From a candidate division FCPU426 bacterium (GTDB lineage: Bacteria; Oederibacteriota; Muellerivitia; Muellerivitales; Muellerivitaceae): a stretch of DNA of 64,000 nt. The DNA lies in the NCBI GenBank assembly GCA_963719085.1, contig CAVRAL010000001.1, forward strand, positions 608,001 through 672,000, given 5' to 3'. The notes beneath the pieces are model-generated. The model saw nothing but the letters and a program-made list of their open reading frames with translations. It did no database searches and was not told where the DNA came from. The stretch's first letter is position 1; each line of letters begins with the position of its first letter. Position numbers and translations under genes: made by a program. Shown piece after piece: positions 14,901-23,546 of this stretch.

Positions 14901-17900
14901 AAAAAATTTAACCGATCACCCAGTGACGGAAACCGATTTAGCCGCTTTTGAGCAAAAACAACAATCCGACGAGACGCTGGGTTATCAAATTCGGGCTTGG
15001 CTGAGTTGGTTGTTGCTGATTATTTTCCTGGGCCTATTGGCTTTTCCCTTATCGCTCAAGCTGATGGAATCCATGCCGGCGGCCGCTTACTCCTTGAGCA
15101 AAATTTTAGGGATGATTCTTTTTGCTTGGTTGGTTTGGATTTCCTCGTTCAGTTGGAAGGTGTTTAGCTTCCATTTCAAGATTTTTTATTTTTCGACTTT
15201 CAATTGTTGGGCTTGGATTTTGTTTTTAACGGTTGGCAGCGGCTTGGGTCTGTTTTTTCACGGCAAAGGCTTGAAATCGATCTGGAGCCGGTGGCATAAA
15301 GTTTGGTTGATTCAGGACGTTTTTTTCATCGGGGCTTTCGCCCTTTTCACCTTGGTCCGTGTTTTTAATCCTCATATCCATGATCCCAGCGGTTCTGGCT
15401 ATAACGGCGGTGGGGAAGCGGGAATGGATTTAGGCTTTTTATCCTCCGTGGTTCGCGGGGACAGTTTCCCTCCACAAAACATGTGGATGGCGGGACAGCC
15501 GATCGGATATCCCTATTATTTCGGCCACATCTTGATGGGAATTTTAACCAAGACCCTGGGATTGGCTCCTGCCGTGACCTACAACTTGGCGATCATCACC
15601 CTCTTCGCCCTTATTTTTTCGGCGGCTTTTAGTTTGGCTTATGCCTTATCGGAGAAACTGAGCGGCGGGATCATTGCCGGGCTTCTTTGCGCCACCGCGG
15701 GCAATTTGGACGGCGCCAAACAATATTTGCGCGACATCGGTGATTGCCTATCGCGTAATGATTGGACTTTGAGCGGACTTTGGAACTCCACCTTCGATTA
15801 TTGGGGTCCCTCCCGGGTGATTCCGCACTCGATCAACGAGTTTCCATACTTCAGCGTGCTTTTCGCCGATATGCACGCCCATACCTTGGCCATGCCTTTC
15901 GCCATGCTTTTAGTCGGACTGATCATGTCTTTTTATTTCTCGAATTCCGCTGGAACCAAAATCAGGTTTGAGTGGCCCTTGCTCTTGGGAATGGGTTTTC
16001 TCTTAGGCGGCCTGGCTTTCTTAAACACCTGGGACACCCTGACATGGAGCGCGCTGCTGGTGATCGCGTTGCTGTTAAAGATGCTCGCGTCTTTTCCCCG
16101 TAAGACTTTGGTGGATGGATTTAAGATAACGGCCACTGTTTTTGGGGCGGTTTTTGTTCTTCTGGCCGCTATTAACAAAATCCATCCCTCGGATAATCCC
16201 GCCGTGCTGGGCGGGACGACGACAAACCTTGAAATCGGTCTTCTGGCGGCGAGTTTGATCTCCTGCTCGATTTTGTACTCGCGGAAAATAACCCAGCCCT
16301 TGTCGATTCAATTTTTAATTTGCGGATTGTTTTTGGCCGGTGTGGGTCTTTCGGCGCGGGTGTTATGGGATCCTTTCTTTTCCACTTTTGTTCCGCAACA
16401 AAGCAAAATTTTGTGGGTGTTGCCCTATATCCGAACCGCCTGGGGAAATTATTTCACGATTTACGGCGCGTTTCTCTCGGTCATGGTTTGGGGATTCTTG
16501 CTGGTTTATGCCAAGCCGATAGGAAATTGGATCGGCAAAGGCAAATGGAGAATTTCTTGGGATTTTGAGGGTTTTCTTGGAACTTGCGAGGTGTTTTTTC
16601 AGAGATTTTTTGAACCGCAAAACGCGGTCCAGGGCATGTTTTTCCTGGGGCTGGCTTTGTGCCTTTTCATTATTGGGGGATCTTGGATCCATTGGGTGGA
16701 TCCCCAGAATCGAAGTGTTTGGGCTCTGCTGTTGGCGGCCGTGATTTTTGGATTGTTGATTTTGCCGCTTTATCTGAGAAAAATTCCAGCGTTTGGGGCC
16801 GCGGCTGGGGTTTTAATCCTGGTTTGGGTGGGCCTCATCGTCACCGGTGTTTTCCCTTTATTTCACGACAGCCCGCTTTTTCTGGGTTTGGGACTTTTTT
16901 CCGCCATTTGGATATTGGGTTTCTTGAATCTGGGCTTGGCGGTCCAAGCTCAAAAAGATAAAAAGCTCTCTTTCGCGTTTATCCTCATTGGTCTCTTTTT
17001 CTTGGTGACGGCCACGCTGGAAATTTTCGCCATCAGCGAGTACATGGGCGACGAAAGTATGCGCAATAACACGCTGTTCAAATTCGGCATTGACGCCTGG
17101 ATTTTGGCGTCCATCGCGACCGGCGCCTTGGCGCCAAGACTTTGGAACTTCGCGTCGGAGTTGTTGAAGTCCGTTCGAAAGGAAACCAAACTGTCCGAAA
17201 TGGTTTTGGCCGGATTTTCTTTTGTGGTGATCTCCTGGCTGCTTCATGTTCTTTTGGACGAGATTCTTTTTTCTCGTTCTTCGAATTTGATTTATTTCAT
17301 AAATTTATTTCTTGTGCTGAGCATTTTAGCTTGGATCTTCCTGGAAGATTGGTTGGCGCCCTGGATCGTCTATACCCTCGGGGGCGTTTTATTCCCGGTT
17401 TTGATACTGCCTTTATTGCCCAACGGAGACTATACGTCGCTTTTATACGTGGCTCAGCGTTTTCTGGGGAGCTTTGATACCGGCTTTTTATTCCCGGCGA
17501 GTTTGGTGATTTTTGTTTTGATTGTCCTTCATTTATTTTTGGAAAATAAGAAAAACAAGGGGATGCGAATCGCCGTGGCGAGCTGGAAATCCTTGGCGGT
17601 GGTTTTAAGCGTGATGGTTTTGATTTATCCCTTGGCCGCCACCTTCAGCAAATGCCGGCAAGCCTCGTTTGGCTCATCCGATTCGCCCACCCTCAATGGC
17701 TTGACCTATCTGAAAATGGAAAACCCGGGAGACGCGGCCGCCATTCGTTTCTTAAATGAAACGGTCCCGGGCCAGCCTTGTTTAATCGAGGCGGTCGGGC
17801 TTGGGTATAACACCTGGGGTTCCCGTTATTCCATTTTCACCGGAATCCCGGCTTTAATGGGATGGGACGGGCATGTGCGGGAATGGGTGGGGAGTTGGGA

Positions 17901-18153
17901 AGACGCTGAGATCAGCCAACGCTATTCCACGACCGAGACTATTTTTAATACCCATGACGTCCAGTTGGCGAAAAACCTGATGGATGCCTATGGGGTTCGG
18001 TTGATTGTGATTGGACCCCTGGAGCGGGGCGAGGAGGATCCGCGCAAGCGTTACGATCCGGATGGCTTGGCGAAATTCTCCACCTTTTTACCGCTGATTT
18101 ATAAAAATCCGAAGGTTGAAATTTACTATAATCCACCGGCGGAAAAGTCCTGA
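11977..18153 (+). CDS. 2058-aa polytopic membrane protein: N-terminal PMT/ArnT-like GT-C module, Pro/Thr linker, and C-terminal DUF2298 (Chlor_Arch_YYY-like) module
   Basis: N-module: FHPDERNI, FFAYGQLP, IQVAHY, KFIRYMVP, NEAWGDGLP, AEESFSVYDHP. C-module: GGEAGMDLGFL, FPPQNMWMAG, YPYYFGH, SRVIPHSINEFPYFS..FADMHAH, LNTWD, RNNTLFKF, TGIPALMGWDGH, YGVRLIVIGPLER. Dozens of hydrophobic helices. Confidence 0.85.
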   Translation: MKTKRNPLGAEGFWRKPVLGLMLSLLVGGLFRFYNPNWDYEHSFHPDERNILGQTAGIQASNGFRVQFFAYGQLPVFLYRATGELLSTPQVLAQAFGAHQGFAQSFYWLIILGFSSLGFWFFKKEKYKIAAFGLSVLLFSLALLLKFFPVFAIWFNALQDWPARLSCFGWVTVTAFVVSALLSKILEADWLGIPFYAASGSIFLFGVLPLFLPDAWGHTFGATAFTLLILVLGAWLAWVTRWGRVLLAFLALWTVFASLQHGGIQYVDYGSLMIIGRVWAAFFSTATIAALYVLVNRLYGKPWLALLSAACFAFSVVSIQVAHYCITESLITLMLVVVATLACDIRENGSWKSYLLTGSAFGISMAAKTSSLYYLLILLLGHILFLAAKSKKDWLREDRKNSDNKDIFTILAAAVPVATLAAFVVVGYKLKGVAQDLFYNGDGSVIPPVWLAFFVLAVGVGLVLCFWGFVEFKVVRGQAQYWIKLVAAGALSFLMFCLLSPWSLLDFSGFQNSMNYEWHVVSIADACYVLQFKDTFRYLFHLQNLMSVELWWPLGVTVILGSIWVIGRFVLSLFRVSESYVLPVPFLVQKGISPFVPDLMLLIWFIPYFGFIGAWNTKFIRYMVPLIPFFCIFGARLLTELFDWLKKTPALAKGFKIALLSIVLGGSLFYSTAYMHVYRFPHPWLDASVWIYKNVPPGSLIFNEAWGDGLPVDMTPQQDARLDHFMSPSLYRSQDITPYEMFGYPTDDSPVKRNYYANTLQQGDYISISSKKLWYTLTNCTPEFKRTGFNAYPITSRYYRLLWSGLLGYKMVGEFHNFPSLFGWEHPDDMAEESFSVYDHPRVYIFKKFETVPPDQILKLLDSDDYVKGIDRDVMRTITPENVDAFIAGRQKYLSDNGLLQRLAAAPASTGSLAPTPVAKDSTPLQRILTATAQPPKPAVQKRLESLTPIPTPEPTIVVPLGAPGLPPAGTLQVLKNLTDHPVTETDLAAFEQKQQSDETLGYQIRAWLSWLLLIIFLGLLAFPLSLKLMESMPAAAYSLSKILGMILFAWLVWISSFSWKVFSFHFKIFYFSTFNCWAWILFLTVGSGLGLFFHGKGLKSIWSRWHKVWLIQDVFFIGAFALFTLVRVFNPHIHDPSGSGYNGGGEAGMDLGFLSSVVRGDSFPPQNMWMAGQPIGYPYYFGHILMGILTKTLGLAPAVTYNLAIITLFALIFSAAFSLAYALSEKLSGGIIAGLLCATAGNLDGAKQYLRDIGDCLSRNDWTLSGLWNSTFDYWGPSRVIPHSINEFPYFSVLFADMHAHTLAMPFAMLLVGLIMSFYFSNSAGTKIRFEWPLLLGMGFLLGGLAFLNTWDTLTWSALLVIALLLKMLASFPRKTLVDGFKITATVFGAVFVLLAAINKIHPSDNPAVLGGTTTNLEIGLLAASLISCSILYSRKITQPLSIQFLICGLFLAGVGLSARVLWDPFFSTFVPQQSKILWVLPYIRTAWGNYFTIYGAFLSVMVWGFLLVYAKPIGNWIGKGKWRISWDFEGFLGTCEVFFQRFFEPQNAVQGMFFLGLALCLFIIGGSWIHWVDPQNRSVWALLLAAVIFGLLILPLYLRKIPAFGAAAGVLILVWVGLIVTGVFPLFHDSPLFLGLGLFSAIWILGFLNLGLAVQAQKDKKLSFAFILIGLFFLVTATLEIFAISEYMGDESMRNNTLFKFGIDAWILASIATGALAPRLWNFASELLKSVRKETKLSEMVLAGFSFVVISWLLHVLLDEILFSRSSNLIYFINLFLVLSILAWIFLEDWLAPWIVYTLGGVLFPVLILPLLPNGDYTSLLYVAQRFLGSFDTGFLFPASLVIFVLIVLHLFLENKKNKGMRIAVASWKSLAVVLSVMVLIYPLAATFSKCRQASFGSSDSPTLNGLTYLKMENPGDAAAIRFLNETVPGQPCLIEAVGLGYNTWGSRYSIFTGIPALMGWDGHVREWVGSWEDAEISQRYSTTETIFNTHDVQLAKNLMDAYGVRLIVIGPLERGEEDPRKRYDPDGLAKFSTFLPLIYKNPKVEIYYNPPAEKS

Positions 18154-18191
18154 TTGAGTTTGGGTGTCTATTAATTTTGGAGGTTGAGTGA

Positions 18192-20699
18192 ATGGGTCCG
18201 CTTTTGAGTTGGTGGTTGCTGGTGGTGATCCTCGGATGGCTGCTCTTGCCGGTCACCTTTTTAACGTTTCGGCACCTTCCGGACAAAGGTTATGGCATCA
18301 GTAAAGTTTTGGCGTTGCTTCTTTTGGGCTATTTCACCTGGATATTTGGTTATTTTGGTTTTAGCAGCTTAACAATTTATTTTTCACTCTTAATTCTTTT
18401 ACTCCTTTCGGGCCTGCTCGTTTCAAAAACATGGGGCTCCATTCTCAAATTTTTTAAAGAACGATTGGGATACGCGCTGGTCGTGGAAATGCTTTTTTTT
18501 GTGGGTTTTTTAGCCGCCGGAGCCTACAAAATGCGTACCCACGATATCGTGGGTACCGAAAAGCCGATGGATTTCGCCATGATCAACGGCATATTGGCCT
18601 CGCCTTCCATGCCGCCGCAAGACCCTTGGCTTTCGGGCGGAAGCATCTCTTATTATTATTTTGGATATTTGATCATCTCGGTTTTGTCCCGGTTAACGGG
18701 TGTGTTTTCAGGGGTGGGTTACAATCTAGGCGTGGTTTTAATTTGGGCCTTGGCCGCTGTGGCGGCTTTTTCTTTAGCCTATAACTTAACCCAGCGTTAT
18801 CGTTATTCGGTTTTCTCAGCGGTTTCGGTGACTGTTTTAGGCAATTTGGACTATTGGCACAGGGCCCTTCAAAATTTTAGTTTGGGCGATCTTAGAATTA
18901 CCTATTATAACTTTCCAGCTAATCCGGAGGCCGCGACCGGGTTATCCGGTTTTTTTGGATTTCTATTCAGTCCCATCCAGCATTATTGGGATTACTTTCA
19001 AGCCTCCCGTATTATTCCGGTTCCGCCGACCGACAAGATGATCAATGAATTTCCCTCTTTTAGTTTCTTTTTGTCGGATTTACATCCCCATGTAATGGCC
19101 ATTCCTTTCGGATTATTGGCGCTGTCGGTTTGTTTGAATTTGATGAAGGCTCCTTTACCGAATTTGGGCCTATTTGGCGCCCGCTTCACCGAACAAATCC
19201 CTCAATGGATTTTGGTGGCGGTCATATTTGGCTCGGCCTCTTTCATGAACAGCTGGGATTTTCCCATGCTTCTCTTGTTGCTGGGACTCTGTTTGGCGCT
19301 CCAACAGCGCTGGGCCGCCCCGCGTTCCGAGGCCCAATGGTTTAAAGGTTTGAGTCTGGTGGGTCTTCCCATTGTGGCCGCTTGCTTCATTCTTTTCGCT
19401 CCCTTTTACGCGCGGTTTCAATCCCAGGCCAATGGTTTGGGCTTGGCCAAGGATCGGACCGATCTCTATTATCTACTCGTCATTTTTGGTTTATTTTTCC
19501 TGATTATTTTTCCCGTTTTGATCGCCCGGGCTTTACAGGCCTTTTCCGCTAAAGAGGCTAAAGGTAAGGCGTCCAAAGACGCCGGTTTGGTGTGTTTGGT
19601 TTGCGGACGGGAAAATTTTGGAAAAAAATTTTGTGGGCAGTGCGGAGGGGAATTGGCGTCGGTTTCCAACCAGGATGTCGTCCCGATTCCTTTTGAGCCT
19701 CTGCGCGTTTTTTTTCTGGAAGGATCCGAATGGCTGTCTTCCTTTTCAAAGTGGGGGAGGGGCTGGGTCTTTGCCTGCGGTCTTGTCCTTTTTCTGGGGC
19801 TGTTAAACTTAAGCCCCGTCCGGCTGTCGGTTTTCGCTTTATGTTTGATCGTTTTTATTTTTTCAATGGTTTCCTTGAGCCGCAAGTCGGAAAACCGGGA
19901 GATGATATTCGCCACGCTTTTGATCCTGCTCGCCTTTGGGCTTATCGGTTTTTGCGAGGTTCTGTACATTAAAGATCACTTTTCAGGCAGTTCGCTTTAC
20001 CGGATGAACACCGTATTTAAATTTCATTATCAAGCTTGGATTTTTCTAAGCGTCGCGTCGGCCCCCTGCCTTAAATGGCTGATGGAAAATCAATGGCCCC
20101 ATTGGTCGATCCTGAAGCGGTCGGTTTGGGGCGGGGCCTTTGGCTTGGCCCTGTTGGGGGCGGGACTTTATCCATTTTTAACGCTCTCGGAAAGGCTGGC
20201 GGGGAGCTCCATGGCTTCTTTAACCTTGGATGGAACGGATTATTTCAGCCGTACTTATCCGGGTGATTTTCAAACGGTCGACTGGATTCGAAATAATTTA
20301 AAGCCGGCAGGCAACAAGCTGCCGGTTATTTTAGAGGCTTGGGGTGGCTCCTACAGCGAATACGCGCGGATCGCCACGAATACGGGTTATCCGACTGTTT
20401 TAGGATGGGATTTTCATGAAGCCCAATGGCGGGGGGCCTGGGATAAGGCGGCGGTCCGCGGGGGGGATCCGACGGATACGATCCTGAACCGTCGCCAGGA
20501 TATTGATACAATCTATTCCACCACGGACATCACCCAAGCCAAAACCCTTCTTTTGAAATACGGCGTGAATTATGTTTATGTTGGCGGGTTGGAACGGCAG
20601 AAATACAAAGACCATTTGGACGGTCTGGCGAAGTTTGGTCAGTTGGGTAATCCGGTCTTTGTTTTTGGAGATTCGGCGCTGTACAAGTTGAATCCATAG
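18192..20699 (+). CDS. Chlor_Arch_YYY / DUF2298 (TIGR03662-like) membrane protein with inserted zinc ribbon
   Basis: GTEKPMDFA, PPQDPWLSGGSISYYYFGY (YYYxG signature), SRIIP..INEFPSFSF..DLHPH, MNSWD, RMNTVFKFHYQAW, TGYPTVLGWDFHEAQWR, KYGVNYVYVGGLER; CLVC..FCGQCG insert. Confidence 0.9.
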   Translation: MGPLLSWWLLVVILGWLLLPVTFLTFRHLPDKGYGISKVLALLLLGYFTWIFGYFGFSSLTIYFSLLILLLLSGLLVSKTWGSILKFFKERLGYALVVEMLFFVGFLAAGAYKMRTHDIVGTEKPMDFAMINGILASPSMPPQDPWLSGGSISYYYFGYLIISVLSRLTGVFSGVGYNLGVVLIWALAAVAAFSLAYNLTQRYRYSVFSAVSVTVLGNLDYWHRALQNFSLGDLRITYYNFPANPEAATGLSGFFGFLFSPIQHYWDYFQASRIIPVPPTDKMINEFPSFSFFLSDLHPHVMAIPFGLLALSVCLNLMKAPLPNLGLFGARFTEQIPQWILVAVIFGSASFMNSWDFPMLLLLLGLCLALQQRWAAPRSEAQWFKGLSLVGLPIVAACFILFAPFYARFQSQANGLGLAKDRTDLYYLLVIFGLFFLIIFPVLIARALQAFSAKEAKGKASKDAGLVCLVCGRENFGKKFCGQCGGELASVSNQDVVPIPFEPLRVFFLEGSEWLSSFSKWGRGWVFACGLVLFLGLLNLSPVRLSVFALCLIVFIFSMVSLSRKSENREMIFATLLILLAFGLIGFCEVLYIKDHFSGSSLYRMNTVFKFHYQAWIFLSVASAPCLKWLMENQWPHWSILKRSVWGGAFGLALLGAGLYPFLTLSERLAGSSMASLTLDGTDYFSRTYPGDFQTVDWIRNNLKPAGNKLPVILEAWGGSYSEYARIATNTGYPTVLGWDFHEAQWRGAWDKAAVRGGDPTDTILNRRQDIDTIYSTTDITQAKTLLLKYGVNYVYVGGLERQKYKDHLDGLAKFGQLGNPVFVFGDSALYKLNP

Positions 20700-20730
20700 G
20701 ATCATTTAATTTTTTGATTGGGAGGCGGGA

Positions 20731-21762
20731 ATGTTTAAGATCGGTGATTACACCATTACCAGTAAAGACCTTGTTTTGGCCTTCATTTTTCTTTTGGTGG
20801 GGGTTCTGGCCATCCTGGCGATGACGGGTTCCAAGCCCAAACCGGTGGTGCTTTCGGCGGCGGCACCGGGCGGTGAAGTTCTGCAATCCGGGGGCCAACC
20901 GGGAAACGGAAGCGGACAATTTAACTATCCGCGTGGAATCGCCCTGGACGCGAACGGTGACATTTATGTCGCGGATAGCCGCAACCACCGAATCCAAAAG
21001 CTGAACGGAAAGACCGGGAAATTCATGCGTGAGTTTGGTGGGTTCGCCAGCGTGAACGGCGACGCTAAAAGTTTGTCGGCGCTTTCTCTGGGAAAATTAA
21101 ATGAGCCCAATGGCGTTATGGTGGGGCCGGATAACCTGGTTTACGTGGTCGATACCTGGAATGAGCGCCTCCAAGTTTTTTCAACCGATGGAAAATTCAA
21201 GAGAGTCATCACGTCGGAAGACGGTTTTTATGGCCCTCGGGAAATTTTGGTGGATTCCAAAGGATCCATTTATGTGTCGGACACCGGCAAGCACCGGATC
21301 GTTAAGTTTGACGCGAAGGGCGCGCGGGCCGGAACCTGGGGCCAAAAGGGCGACAAGCCGGGCGAATTCAACGAGCCGATCGGCCTGGCTTTGGATCAGG
21401 CCGGCAATGTTTATGTGGCGGATCGCCTGAATTTTAGAATCCAAGTTTTCGATCCGAACGGGGTTTTCATCCGGCAGTGGCCGGTTCATGGATGGGTGAA
21501 AGACCAAGTGGATATGGAGCCGCATTTGGCCATTGATAAGGCCAAGGGTATTCTTTACGCCACCGACGGCCGGGGAAGCCAGATTTTATGCTATCAGTTG
21601 GATGGAACCGAACTGCCGACTATCGCCAAGGATGCCAGTGGAAACCCGATCGTTCAAGTCCCCATTGGAATCGCGGTAAACGCGGACGGGGATCTTTATG
21701 TCACCGATGCCAAGGCGGGGAAAATTTTCAAGTTGGCGGGCCAAGGAAAGATCGTCCAGTAA
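20731..21762 (+). CDS. Membrane-anchored NHL-repeat (6-bladed beta-propeller) protein
   Basis: N-terminal hydrophobic helix, then repeats such as GQFNYPRGIALDANGDIYVADSRNHRIQK and GEFNEPIGLALDQAGNVYVADRLNFRIQVFD. Confidence 0.9.
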   Translation: MFKIGDYTITSKDLVLAFIFLLVGVLAILAMTGSKPKPVVLSAAAPGGEVLQSGGQPGNGSGQFNYPRGIALDANGDIYVADSRNHRIQKLNGKTGKFMREFGGFASVNGDAKSLSALSLGKLNEPNGVMVGPDNLVYVVDTWNERLQVFSTDGKFKRVITSEDGFYGPREILVDSKGSIYVSDTGKHRIVKFDAKGARAGTWGQKGDKPGEFNEPIGLALDQAGNVYVADRLNFRIQVFDPNGVFIRQWPVHGWVKDQVDMEPHLAIDKAKGILYATDGRGSQILCYQLDGTELPTIAKDASGNPIVQVPIGIAVNADGDLYVTDAKAGKIFKLAGQGKIVQ

Positions 21763-21783
21763 GATCAAAAGCAAGGAGCCGTC

Positions 21784-22770
21784 ATGGCCAAGTCTAAAAA
21801 GAAGAAAAAAAAGGCAAAAGGCAAAAATAAGGGCTTGAAGGTTCTATTTACCTTTTTGGTGATGGCGCTATTGACGATCATCATTTATGTAACGATGAAC
21901 CAGCTCCACAAGGCCTTGTTCTTAGCCAAGACCATTGAGGTTCAGCCGGATTTGTCGGTGGGCGGGCCTGGCAGTTTGCCGGGGCAATTCCAACAGCCTT
22001 GGGATGTGGCTGTTGATTCGCGCGGGAATTTTGTGTCCACTGATTTCGGGAATCACCGCCTTCAGGAGTTCGACTCGACGGGTAAACTCGTTTTCTCAAT
22101 TGGCAAGGAAGGAAAGGGCCAAGGGGAGTTTGAGCAGCCCAGCGGTGTTTATGTCGATCCCCAGGACAACATTTATGTTTGTGACACCTTTAATTACCGG
22201 ATTCAAAAGTTTGACTCCAAAGGTCATTTTTTAAAACTATGGGAACATAGTTTTTACGGTCCCAAGGGAATTATGGGGGATGGCCATGGAACCATTTACG
22301 TGGTGGACACGGGCAATCACAAGGTTCAAGTTTTTGACAATGAGGGTAATTTTTTAAAGGAATGGGGCGGGTTTGGGTCCGAAGACGGAAAATTGAAGGA
22401 GCCCATTGGCGGCGTGGTGGATCCCCAAGGCTCAGTTTACGTGGCGGATACGGATAATTTTAGGGTGCAAAAATTTGATCCCGCTGGAAAGTTTATGGGG
22501 GCCTTTAAAATCCCGACTTGGCGGGGGAAAAACTCTGAGACGCCTTATTTGGCCTTTCAGAATGGGTTTCTTTGGGTCACGAACACGAGTGAAAATTCAG
22601 TCATGAAATTCACCCCTGGCGGGAAATTGATGGCGATCTATAAAGCCAAAGGAAACGGATTTGACAATACCTCGGGCGTCGCGGTGAGCCCGGAGGGTGA
22701 AGTTTACGTGACCGAGCGTAACGCGGGTAAAATCGAGCGTTTTTTACCCCCCCTGGCCCCGGTAAAATAG
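21784..22770 (+). CDS. Membrane-anchored NHL-repeat protein
   Basis: Lys-rich N-terminus plus a TM helix; repeats GQFQQPWDVAVDSRGN..TDFGNHRLQEFD and GEFEQPSGVYVDPQDNIYVCDTFNYRIQKFD. Confidence 0.9.
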   Translation: MAKSKKKKKKAKGKNKGLKVLFTFLVMALLTIIIYVTMNQLHKALFLAKTIEVQPDLSVGGPGSLPGQFQQPWDVAVDSRGNFVSTDFGNHRLQEFDSTGKLVFSIGKEGKGQGEFEQPSGVYVDPQDNIYVCDTFNYRIQKFDSKGHFLKLWEHSFYGPKGIMGDGHGTIYVVDTGNHKVQVFDNEGNFLKEWGGFGSEDGKLKEPIGGVVDPQGSVYVADTDNFRVQKFDPAGKFMGAFKIPTWRGKNSETPYLAFQNGFLWVTNTSENSVMKFTPGGKLMAIYKAKGNGFDNTSGVAVSPEGEVYVTERNAGKIERFLPPLAPVK

Positions 22771-22814
22771 CCGGCGGTGAAAATCTTTAAACCTATTGGA
22801 GGGTGTAACCTGAT

Positions 22815-23546
22815 TTGAAAAAAAAACTGAAAAATAAAGTCTTGATCGTTATCCCGACCTACAACGAAAAGAAGAACATTCAATCCCTCTATCTTAAAAT
22901 TCGGCAATATGTCCGAGACGCGCAGCTATTGATCGTGGACGACGGGTCTCCGGATGGAACGGGCGCGGTGGCGGATCGGTTGGCCAAAAAAGATTCTTTG
23001 GTCCATGTTTTGCATCGGCCCCGAAAAATGGGCTTGGGTACCGCCTATGTGGCCGGATTTCAATACGCGCTGAAAAAGAAATACCAATATGTCCTGGCCA
23101 TGGACGCCGATCTTTCCCACGACCCCGCCAATATTCCGGTCATGATCGATTTGATGAAAGACTATGATTTGGTGATTGGTTCCCGTTACGTGAAAGACGG
23201 GGGAATGGTGAATTGGGGAATGGGGCGTTTTCTGATCAGCAAATTCGCCAATGGTTTTTTAAAAGCGCTCTTAAACATCCGGCAAAAAGATTGCTCGGGC
23301 GGGTATAAATGTTATCGTTCGGATCTGCTCGAGGGCATCCGCTTGGAGCGGATATTTTCTAAGGGATACGCGTTTCAAGTGGAAATTCTTTACCGGGCTT
23401 TGCGGCTCGAGGCTAAAGTTATCGAGGTTCCCATTATTTTCGTGAACCGGCACGAGGGCGAGAGCAAGTTAAATTTATCCGAGTTGGTCAATTTCGCCAA
23501 GACGGTTTTTAAACTCAGGCTTTTAAGCTGGGTGGGTCGTCTTTGA
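22815..23546 (+). CDS. Polyprenol monophosphomannose synthase-like GT2 (DPM1/Ppm1-like)
   Basis: VIPTYNE, IVDDGSPDGTG, KMGLGTAYVAGF, MDADLSHDP, VIGSRYV.GG, DCSGGYKCY, GYAFQVE and R..GESK. Confidence 0.9.
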   Translation: MKKKLKNKVLIVIPTYNEKKNIQSLYLKIRQYVRDAQLLIVDDGSPDGTGAVADRLAKKDSLVHVLHRPRKMGLGTAYVAGFQYALKKKYQYVLAMDADLSHDPANIPVMIDLMKDYDLVIGSRYVKDGGMVNWGMGRFLISKFANGFLKALLNIRQKDCSGGYKCYRSDLLEGIRLERIFSKGYAFQVEILYRALRLEAKVIEVPIIFVNRHEGESKLNLSELVNFAKTVFKLRLLSWVGRL

